Positions 1-4,938 of a stretch of 5,006 bases of DNA are shown here, in pieces. How positions within the stretch are numbered: position 1 is the stretch's first letter; every line of letters begins with the position of its first letter. The translations under genes were made by a program, and so were the position numbers. Source of the stretch: a metagenome; sequence record Ga0182063_1681385; one strand, given 5' to 3'. The notes beneath the pieces were generated by a model. The model did no database searches and was not told the origin of the DNA. It saw nothing but the letters and a program-made list of their open reading frames with translations.

Positions 1-12
1 AAATAAGCCTAT

Positions 13-18
13 AAAAAA
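13..18 (-). terminator. RNA polymerase III terminator (T6 run on minus strand) 4 nt downstream of tRNA-Pro
   Basis: Plus-strand aaaaaa at 13..18 reads TTTTTT on the minus strand. The minus-strand context is ...CATCCCC-C-TGGA-TTTTTT. A run of 4 or more T is the standard Pol III stop signal. Confidence 0.7.
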
Positions 19-22
19 TCCA

Positions 23-136
23 GGGGGATGCCGCGAATCGAACGCGGGGCCTCTCCCATGTTCATTCTAGCGCTCTTCAGCGCTGGGTCGTTCGACGAGA
101 CCCGAAGGGAGAATCATACCACTAGACCACATCCCC
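23..136 (-). tRNA. tRNA-Pro(CGG): tRNA-Pro (anticodon CGG) with a 42-nt intron; mature length 72 nt without CCA
   Basis: The minus strand reads GGGGATG-TG-GTCT-AGTGGTA-TGAT-T-CTCCC-TTCGGG-[42-nt intron]-T-GGGAG-AGGCC-CCGCG-TTCGATT-CGCGG-CATCCCC-C. The acceptor stem GGGGATG/CATCCCC is fully paired (7 bp). The anticodon stem CTCCC/GGGAG and T stem CCGCG/CGCGG are each 5 bp. The T-loop TTCGATT is canonical. The D-arm sequence GGTCTAGTGGTATGATT is typical of eukaryotic tRNA-Pro. The anticodon loop is TT-CGG-G(T). Confidence 0.9.
59..100 (-). other. tRNA intron at canonical position 37/38 of tRNA-Pro(CGG)
   Basis: The minus strand reads TCTCGTCGAACGACCCAGCGCTGAAGAGCGCTAGAATGAACA, lying between anticodon-loop G37 and T38. 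It contains an internal AGCGCT-GAAG-AGCGCT hairpin (6-bp stem). The boundary can slide by 1 nt (T/T ambiguity) without changing the mature sequence. Confidence 0.8.
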
Positions 137-148
137 GTAGATTGATGG

Positions 149-167
149 GTTTAAGCAGTGCTTAAAC
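149..167. repeat. 19-nt perfect palindrome (gtttaagca-g-tgcttaaac), 13 nt upstream of the tRNA-Pro 5' end
   Basis: Each of positions 149..157 is complementary to its mirror position in 167..159, with centre g158. It lies in the AT-rich upstream region of the minus-strand tRNA-Pro. A CAA triplet on the minus strand sits at about -8..-6 (plus-strand ttg at 142..144). Confidence 0.6.
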
Positions 168-407
168 ACGCATCTGACGTGTGGGTAGAATCGTAAAATA
201 TTTCGACCCACGAGCTAGGTGAGTGATGCGTAAAGATTCACGGGTGTATTTTGAGTGCCCGTTGGGGACTGTAAATGTATTTTACCACATTGGTGTATGA
301 AATGACGATTTATGAACGATGCATGAAATAAAGAGGTTGTTTTTACAAGGCTCTGTCTCTCGAGAGGGACTCTCTGTGGTTTAGGGAATTCGGGAAACGC
401 CCCATCA

Positions 408-2912
408 TCACGCGGCTTCAGCGTGCTCCTCCTTGGCTTTACGCTTGGCGCGCTTTTTAGCGTTCTTTCGCGCGTTTTTACCGACGCCGCCGCCCGGTGT
501 CGTCGTCGTCGTCGTCGTCGAAGACGTCTTCTTCTTACCAAAGGCTGCGTCGGCGTAGGACGCGGCACGAGTCTCAATCTCGAGCTCGTCGTCGTCGTCG
601 TCGTCATTTTCATCGACTTTGGATGAGTCACGCAATCTCTTCTTCTTCTTTTTGTCGCCGCCGCGCGCAGACGAAGACAGGAACTCTCTAGCCATGCGTC
701 GCGCTCTCGCGCGCTGGTTAGCGTCGATGGTCGCGTCGTTCGCGTCGTCTCTATACGGTGCGAGCTTCTTCAGACCGACGATTTGATTGAGAGACTTGTC
801 ATCCATGGTCAAAATATCGCGCGTCGTGAGACCGAACATCTTCGGAGCAACCTCTTTGTACGCGAACCGCGTGGGGGTATCGCCGATGAAATCTTCGGCG
901 TCCAACTTGTAATACTCATCCATCTTTGCCATGAGCTCCTTGCGCCACTTTTTCGCCGCTCTCTTGCTATATTTGTTTTCCTCGAGAGGAAATTCTTCTT
1001 GCTCTGCGGCTTCTTCTTCTTCTTCTTCTTCTTCTTCTTCGTCGTCGCTCAAGTCCTCTTCTTTGTCCTCCGCGTCAGGAAAGTCGTCGCCCTCAAAGTC
1101 GTCGTCCTCCTCGCCGCCAACATCCCCTCCCTTGAGCAGCGTCGCCAATTCATCCTCCAAATCACCAAATTCAGGTTTTTGTAGTGATCCTCCATCGCCC
1201 TCCTCGTCTCCGTAGTAGTCGTCACCGTACATCTTTGCCATGACGGCGTCGTGCGCTTCTGGATCGAACTCTGTCGTCAAATCGGTGGCGCCGTGGACGA
1301 CATCGTCTCGCACGCCGCCGACCGCAGAGATTTGACGCATCTTACTCTCAATCTCTTCGCGCTTGAGATTCTTCAATCGACGAACTTCCGCGAGGAGTTT
1401 AGCGCGCTCCGACTCTTTGCGCTCCTTGACCTTTTTCCGCTTATCGCGGCGCTTGGTATCCTCTCGGCGAACCAATCCCTCGATGTGTCTCGAGTGCGAC
1501 TGTAAGCGGTCCGACCCGGGCTCTTCAAATCTAAAGTTGTACTTGTGCTCGAATTCCTCGGCGCGTTCTAAGAGTGAGGATGAAGAAGAGGAGGATGAAG
1601 AAGAAGAGGAGGACGACGAAGAGCTCCCGTCGCCGTCGCTGTCGCCGTCGTCGTCCATTTCTCTGCTTCTGTTTCTCTCCCTCTTTTTCTTCGCCGTACC
1701 CTCGTCCGTCTTCATCCACTGTTTTTCCAAGAGATATTCGCGCAAAAACTTATCCTCAGCGCTCAGTTCCCCTCGTTCGCCTCGCGCGTCGAAATACTTG
1801 GACAACTTTTCATTCGCCGCCTTTTGATCGTCCTCACGAAAAGCCTCCATCTTTTCGGCGCGTCTCTTCACCACCAACCCACCATCTTCCTCGACTTCGT
1901 CGCCCGAGCCTCCATTTTCGCCATCACTATCGTTACCAAACGCCGCCGCCGCGCTCTTGAACGCCTCCTTGAGCGCGGCTTGCTCCTCTACGTACGACGG
2001 ACCGTCGCCCGTCTTCATCGATCGCGCTTCGGCTTCGGCTTCGGCGTCCTCCAACGCCGTGGCGCCTCCTTCCAACAACTGCGTCGCCGTCACCTCGCGA
2101 AGCGTCGCCTTTTTACGTTTCGGTTGTTCTGACTTTTTACCCGCATCATCATCATCCGCGTCGTCTTCGTCCTGAAAGAGTTTCGTTTCGGCGTCGTAAA
2201 TCGACGGGTCTCGCTCGCGAATCTTCGTCAAAGCCTCTGCAAACGCCCCATCGAACGCGCGTTCCAAAACCTCCTCCTCATCGCTCTCCGTCGCGCTCGA
2301 ATCATCATCCTCATCATCTTCACCCTCACCGCCATCACCGCCTTCCGCGCCGGATGCCCCGAGCGCCGAAACCGCGTACTCGCGCTCGAGCTTCGCTTGC
2401 AGTCTGTGCATCTCCTTCCTCCGCTCGTTGTGTTCAAACCTCGCCGCGAACGCCTCGTTGATTCGAAGTTTATCCTTGCTGTTGTTTTTACCGCTCTTCG
2501 TCTTAGATTTCTTGTTTCGTTCCGACGACGACGACGACGACGACGACGAATCATCATCGCTCGAGCCGCCGCCGCCTCTGCTGGACGCACCGCGAACATC
2601 ATCATCGTCGTCTTCTTCGCTCGACGACGACGACGACGACGACGTCCAGGACGACGAATCCGATCCATCCTCGTCGTCAAACATCGCCGTCTTCTTCTTC
2701 CCACCGCCTCGCGTCATCGATCCGTTCGGTCGACGTCGCGCTCTCGCGCTCTTCCCCAACCGCCGGGGCCCGGCTCGGCTCGGCCCGGCCCGGCTCGGCT
2801 CGATCGATGACGAAGAAACCGATCGGTACTTTTCACCGTTCACCATCGACGGTCGCACCTTGAAAACCGCGCGATGGTCCATCGATCGATCGATCGCGGG
2901 TGCCGACCACAT
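408..2912 (-). CDS. KRI1: KRI1-family nucleolar ribosome-biogenesis protein. The maximal ORF is 834 aa and start-codon choice is uncertain (ATG candidates at 2912, 2882, 2846, 2717, 2687).
   Basis: The ORF is uninterrupted. N-terminal LRINEAFAARFEHNERRKEMHRLQAKLERE matches the KRI1 N-terminal motif (yeast LTINEKFAKEYEHNKKRQERQRLEEKYG). EEFEHKYNFRFEEPGS is the KRI1-domain signature. C-terminal TRFAYKEVAPKMFGLTTRDILTMDDKSLNQIVGLKKLAPYRD matches the KRI1 C-terminal domain. The extreme D/E/S/K content is typical of the family. The gene ends in tandem in-frame stops TGA-TGA (410..405). Confidence 0.85.
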   Translation of the reverse strand: MWSAPAIDRSMDHRAVFKVRPSMVNGEKYRSVSSSSIEPSRAGPSRAGPRRLGKSARARRRPNGSMTRGGGKKKTAMFDDEDGSDSSSWTSSSSSSSSEEDDDDDVRGASSRGGGGSSDDDSSSSSSSSSERNKKSKTKSGKNNSKDKLRINEAFAARFEHNERRKEMHRLQAKLEREYAVSALGASGAEGGDGGEGEDDEDDDSSATESDEEEVLERAFDGAFAEALTKIRERDPSIYDAETKLFQDEDDADDDDAGKKSEQPKRKKATLREVTATQLLEGGATALEDAEAEAEARSMKTGDGPSYVEEQAALKEAFKSAAAAFGNDSDGENGGSGDEVEEDGGLVVKRRAEKMEAFREDDQKAANEKLSKYFDARGERGELSAEDKFLREYLLEKQWMKTDEGTAKKKRERNRSREMDDDGDSDGDGSSSSSSSSSSSSSSSSSLLERAEEFEHKYNFRFEEPGSDRLQSHSRHIEGLVRREDTKRRDKRKKVKERKESERAKLLAEVRRLKNLKREEIESKMRQISAVGGVRDDVVHGATDLTTEFDPEAHDAVMAKMYGDDYYGDEEGDGGSLQKPEFGDLEDELATLLKGGDVGGEEDDDFEGDDFPDAEDKEEDLSDDEEEEEEEEEEAAEQEEFPLEENKYSKRAAKKWRKELMAKMDEYYKLDAEDFIGDTPTRFAYKEVAPKMFGLTTRDILTMDDKSLNQIVGLKKLAPYRDDANDATIDANQRARARRMAREFLSSSARGGDKKKKKRLRDSSKVDENDDDDDDELEIETRAASYADAAFGKKKTSSTTTTTTTPGGGVGKNARKNAKKRAKRKAKEEHAEAA
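499..520. repeat. (GTC)7 coding microsatellite, giving the Thr7 tract of KRI1
   Basis: gtcgtcgtcgtcgtcgtcgtcg is read on the minus strand as ACG codons, giving ...SSTTTTTTTPGGG. Confidence 0.9.
588..605. repeat. (GTC)6 coding microsatellite, giving the Asp6 tract of KRI1
   Basis: Six gtc units are read on the minus strand as GAC codons, giving ENDDDDDDELE. Confidence 0.9.
1011..1040. repeat. (TTC)10 perfect coding microsatellite, giving the Glu10 tract of KRI1
   Basis: Ten perfect ttc units are read as ten GAA codons on the minus strand, giving DDEEEEEEEEEEAAEQEE. Confidence 0.95.
1575..1625. repeat. Imperfect purine-rich trinucleotide tract encoding a 17-residue poly-Ser run in KRI1
   Basis: Plus-strand tgaggatgaagaagaggaggatgaagaagaagaggaggacgacgaagagct is read on the minus strand as 17 consecutive Ser codons using mixed AGC/TCT/TCG/TCC/TCA. 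Confidence 0.9.
2523..2549. repeat. (CGA)9 coding microsatellite, giving a poly-Ser tract of KRI1
   Basis: Nine perfect cga units are read as TCG codons on the minus strand. A second tract, (CGA)7, lies at 2622..2644. Confidence 0.9.
2622..2644. repeat. (CGA)7 coding microsatellite, giving a second poly-Ser tract of KRI1
   Basis: cgacgacgacgacgacgacgacg is read on the minus strand as TCG codons, giving WTSSSSSSSSEE. Confidence 0.9.
2767..2801. repeat. Direct duplication of the 15-mer ggcccggctcggctc at 20-nt spacing
   Basis: The 15-mer occurs identically at 2767..2781 and 2787..2801. If translated, it encodes the SRAGPSRAGP repeat in the doubtful N-terminal extension of KRI1. Confidence 0.85.
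2881..2896. repeat. (ATCG)4 self-complementary tetranucleotide microsatellite
   Basis: The tract is atcgatcgatcgatcg. Shorter copies occur at cgatcgatg (2801..2809) and ccgatcgg (2819..2826). It lies at the 5' end of the maximal KRI1 ORF or in its leader. Confidence 0.85.
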
Positions 2913-3188
2913 TACTATGTGTAAACAGTGTGCATGTTATCCAAATTCGTCTGCCTGGCGCCTTGACGGGTCGAACGTTGCGTCTTCGACGACGACGGCG
3001 ACGACAGAGACGCGCGTCGACGGACGAACGAACGAACGGAAGAAGGGAGGAACGGTGACTCTCGCGCGAGAACTCGACGCGCGCGCGGGCGGACGGACGG
3101 ACGAAGCGGCGTGTCGTTCGTGTGTTCTTCGCGCGTGTTTCTTCCAGAGGAACGTTTTATTGATTTCGACTCGGTTGATCGTCGCGAC
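2913..3188. promoter_or_regulatory. Shared divergent (head-to-head) intergenic/promoter region between KRI1 and squalene epoxidase
   Basis: This is the space between the most upstream KRI1 ATG (2912, minus) and the first squalene epoxidase ATG (3189, plus). It contains an AT-richer patch at 2911..2950. It also holds tetranucleotide repeats (ACGA)3 at 3024..3038 and (CGGA)3 at 3090..3101, and a 12-bp CG-core palindrome at 3060..3071. No transcription start site can be read from sequence alone. Confidence 0.55.
3060..3071. promoter_or_regulatory. Perfect 12-bp palindrome TCTCGCGCGAGA in the divergent promoter (candidate dimeric transcription-factor site)
   Basis: tctcgcgcgaga is its own reverse complement. 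It lies about 120 bp upstream of the squalene epoxidase ATG and about 150 bp from the KRI1 ATG at 2912. Confidence 0.35.
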
Positions 3189-4772
3189 ATGGGGAGCTTC
3201 CGATCGGCGTTTAGCATGAAGAAGAAGAGGAAGAACGGCGGTGGCGACGATGCCGCTGCTGCCGCTCATGGAACCACCGCGTTGGCCACTTCACCAACCA
3301 CGTCCGGACCGTTCGACGTCGTCGTCGTCGGCGCGGGCGTCGCCGGGGCGAGCCTGGCGTACGCGCTCGGTAAAGAAGGACGACGGGTTTTGTGCATTGA
3401 ACGGGATTTGTCGCAACCGGACCGGATTGTTGGCGAGTTGTTGCAACCTGGGGGATACCTGAAGCTGAAGGAACTCGGGTTGGAGTCGTGCGTGGAGGGC
3501 ATCGACGCGCAGAAGGTGTACGGGTACACGATGTTTAAAGACGGCGAAGTGGCGACGATGACGTACCCGCTCGAAGGGCGTTCGGATGACGTGGCGGGGC
3601 GAAGTTTTCACAACGGTAGGTTTGTGCAAAAGCTTCGCGAGGCGGCGATGGCCGTCGACAAGGTTGAGGTGCGCCAAGGGACGGTGAAGAAGCTGCTCAA
3701 CGCTGAGGGTAACGAGTGGAAGGAGGGCGAAGTCGTCGCGGGGGTGTCGTACACCACGGGGGATAAGTGGGACGAGAAGAGACAAAAAGTGATCGAGGGA
3801 TCGAGTGAAACCAAGACGGTGTTCGCGCCGCTCACGGTGGTGTGCGATGGGCACTTTAGTAGTTTGAGATCAAAGTTGAGCCAAGCGGCTCCGGATCACC
3901 CGAGTCACTTCGTTGGCTTGATTCTCAAGGGAAAACCGAGCGATTTGTTGCCAAACGGAAACCACGGGCACGTGGTTTTGGGAAATCCGTCTCCAATTCT
4001 CTTTTACCCCATCTCGAGCGAAGAGGTGCGCTGTTTGGTGGACATTCCGTCCTCGGTCAAGATGCCGAGTGTCGCCAAGGGTGAAATGGCCAAGTACGTG
4101 CTCGAGAAGATTGTGCCGCAAATTCCGGAACAACTCAGGCCGCATCTCATCAAGGCGGTCAACGATGGACAATTTAGATCGATGCCTAACAAGACGATGG
4201 CGGCCAAGCCGTCGAGAACCCCCGGGGCGGTGCTCTTGGGTGACGCCTTTAACATGCGTCACCCGCTCACCGGCGGCGGTATGACGGTGGCGCTCAACGA
4301 CATTCACACCTTCAAGTCGATGCTCGACCCGCTTCCGGACTTTTCAGACGGCGAAAGGACGGGCGCCAAGCTGGATGAGTTTTACCGTCACCGTACGCAA
4401 CCGGCGCTGACGATTAACACACTCGCCAATGCGCTGTATGCCGTGTTTTGCTCGAGCGGCGACACGAGCATGGAGGAGATGCGCCAAGCGTGCTTCGAGT
4501 ACCTCAAGCTCGGTGGATCCTACGCTCGAGGCCCGATCGCGTTGCTTTCCGGCCTCGATTCCAACCCGCTCAATTTAGTGAACCACTTTTTCAGCGTCGC
4601 GCTCTTTGGCATCGGGAGGCTGTTGGTGCCGCTCCCGACGCCCGAGCGCATCTTCAAGGGTGGTAACATTCTCACTGGCGCGTGCAAAATAATCTTCCCA
4701 ATCGTCAAAGGTGAAGGTTTCGCGCGCATGTTCTTCCCGGCGTGGCTCAAGCGACGTCTCGGGGTCATTTAG
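3189..4772 (+). CDS. SQE: Squalene epoxidase / squalene monooxygenase (FAD-dependent, sterol biosynthesis), 527 aa from the first ATG
   Basis: The Rossmann FAD motif DVVVVGAGVAGASLAYALGKEGRRVLCIERD has its GxGxxG at 3330..3347. The family motif RIVGELLQPGG is present. GDAFNMRHPLTGGGMTVAL (from 4239) is nearly identical to plant and fungal squalene epoxidases. The hydrophobic C-terminal tail HFFSVALFGIGRLLVPLPTPERIF...IIFPIVKGEGFARMFFPA closely parallels the Arabidopsis SQE C-terminus. The track ORF begins at 3111 with GTG. The first ATG is at 3189 (context gacATGg) and the second at 3216. The stop codon TAG is at 4770..4772. Confidence 0.93.
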   Translation: MGSFRSAFSMKKKRKNGGGDDAAAAAHGTTALATSPTTSGPFDVVVVGAGVAGASLAYALGKEGRRVLCIERDLSQPDRIVGELLQPGGYLKLKELGLESCVEGIDAQKVYGYTMFKDGEVATMTYPLEGRSDDVAGRSFHNGRFVQKLREAAMAVDKVEVRQGTVKKLLNAEGNEWKEGEVVAGVSYTTGDKWDEKRQKVIEGSSETKTVFAPLTVVCDGHFSSLRSKLSQAAPDHPSHFVGLILKGKPSDLLPNGNHGHVVLGNPSPILFYPISSEEVRCLVDIPSSVKMPSVAKGEMAKYVLEKIVPQIPEQLRPHLIKAVNDGQFRSMPNKTMAAKPSRTPGAVLLGDAFNMRHPLTGGGMTVALNDIHTFKSMLDPLPDFSDGERTGAKLDEFYRHRTQPALTINTLANALYAVFCSSGDTSMEEMRQACFEYLKLGGSYARGPIALLSGLDSNPLNLVNHFFSVALFGIGRLLVPLPTPERIFKGGNILTGACKIIFPIVKGEGFARMFFPAWLKRRLGVI

Positions 4773-4858
4773 TTTGTTTGCGACGATTTATTTTACGGTA
4801 CCACCACCACCTTCCTTTAAATTCACCTGTTTAAGGGTTTACTTAAGCTATGTGGATG

Positions 4859-4864
4859 AATAAA
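4859..4864 (+). promoter_or_regulatory. AATAAA hexamer, a possible polyadenylation signal for the squalene epoxidase mRNA
   Basis: aataaa lies 87 nt downstream of the TAG, in an AT-rich spacer. Whether this lineage uses AATAAA is unknown. The analogous candidate for KRI1 is TGTAA on the minus strand (plus-strand ttaca at 343..347). Confidence 0.3.
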
Positions 4865-4885
4865 CGAAATATTAACTTAATTATA

Positions 4886-4915
4886 TGGACGTGGGTTCAA
4901 ATCCCACCAGCTCCA
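4886..4915 (+). other. Orphan tRNA 3'-half-like element (variable region, T-arm, acceptor 3' strand and discriminator A) with no 5' half in the window
   Basis: The element reads TGGAC-GTGGG-TTCAAAT-CCCAC-CAGCTCC-A. It has a perfect 5-bp T stem and a canonical T-loop/B-box (GGTTCAAATCC). The expected partner strand GG[A/G]G[C/T]TG is absent from both strands of the window. No D-arm or anticodon arm can be folded from 4838..4885. No T-run follows on the plus strand. Confidence 0.6.
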
Positions 4916-4918
4916 AAC

Positions 4919-4938
4919 TATTAGAAATGATTCTAATA
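4919..4938. repeat. Perfect 8-bp inverted repeat with a 4-nt loop (tattagaa-atga-ttctaata) between the orphan tRNA half and the tRNA-Met terminator
   Basis: Positions 4919..4926 pair with 4938..4931 and the loop is atga (4927..4930). The hairpin abuts and shares one base with the A7/T7 run. Confidence 0.6.

Noticed and set aside
181-211. GTGGG...CCCAC inverted repeat with the same stem sequence as the orphan T-arm. Its minus-strand loop begins TCGAAAT, so it could be a T-arm carrying a T-loop intron.
   Set aside because: The loop is 21 nt and no 14-nt excision restores a TTCRANT loop. The flanks give no acceptor pairing: the required CTGACGT or CTAGCTC partner is absent upstream on either strand. 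This is most likely a chance 6-bp inverted repeat.
357-366. 10-bp palindrome CTCTCGAGAG in the KRI1 3' UTR region
   Set aside because: It is short and centred on a restriction-site-like CTCGAG core. As RNA it would form only a 3-bp stem around a 4-nt loop. It is noted only as a possible relative of the promoter palindrome.
402-410. TGATGA on the minus strand at the KRI1 stop, a possible C box of a box C/D snoRNA in the spacer. GGATGA near 4855 was also considered.
   Set aside because: The hexamer is simply the tandem TGA-TGA stop codons. No minus-strand CTGA D box (plus-strand tcag) occurs in 137..407. No terminal stem or guide-like arrangement is visible at either site.
215-631. 138-aa minus-strand ORF overlapping the 3' end of KRI1 and running into the spacer
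   Set aside because: It is out of frame with the KRI1 terminus. Its protein is Arg/Thr low-complexity text produced by the (GTC)n tracts, and the rest lies in AT-rich 3' UTR/spacer. It has no recognisable domain.
423-2810. Many plus-strand ORFs of 60-160 aa antisense to KRI1 (for example 783..1184, 931..1215, 1363..1827, 1574..1960, 2397..2810), plus the minus-strand alternative-frame ORFs 1531..1719 and 2228..2704
   Set aside because: All lie inside the well-supported KRI1 CDS. They translate to poly-Ser, poly-Arg, poly-Phe or poly-Leu strings, as expected from reading GAA/GAC/TCG repeats in other frames. GC-rich stop-poor sequence gives such shadows routinely.
2428-3219. 263-aa plus-strand ORF spanning the KRI1 5' end, the whole divergent spacer and the squalene epoxidase start
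   Set aside because: It is antisense to KRI1 for its first half and out of frame with squalene epoxidase at its end. It is low-complexity (poly-Asp/Ser, then Arg/Thr-rich) with no domain signature. The minus-strand ORFs at 2915..3217 and 2937..3269 are the same kind of spacer read-through.
3241-4768. Plus alternative-frame and minus antisense ORFs inside squalene epoxidase (3241..3462, 3266..3529, 3291..3854, 3608..3835, 3870..4307, 4004..4255, 4069..4284, 4448..4666, 4520..4768)
   Set aside because: They are nested in a CDS whose product matches squalene epoxidase motifs along its full length. Their translations are Arg/Pro/His-rich shadow sequences with no recognisable fold.
4829-4848. The motif gtttaag is shared between the two AT-rich spacers (149..155 and 4829..4835), with a weak ttaag/cttaa hairpin at 4831..4846. 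This could be a repeated element.
   Set aside because: Only a 7-mer is shared. Several such matches are expected by chance between two AT-rich spacers of these lengths when both strands are considered. There is no extended alignment around them.
4846-4855. A-box-like AGCTATGTGG about 38 nt upstream of the B-box of the orphan tRNA half, suggesting a complete but divergent tRNA or SINE-like Pol III unit
   Set aside because: The expected D-stem partner (TAGC) is missing. The 7 nt upstream (tttactt) cannot pair with CAGCTCC, and no anticodon arm can be formed. It is retained only as a caveat within the orphan-half finding.
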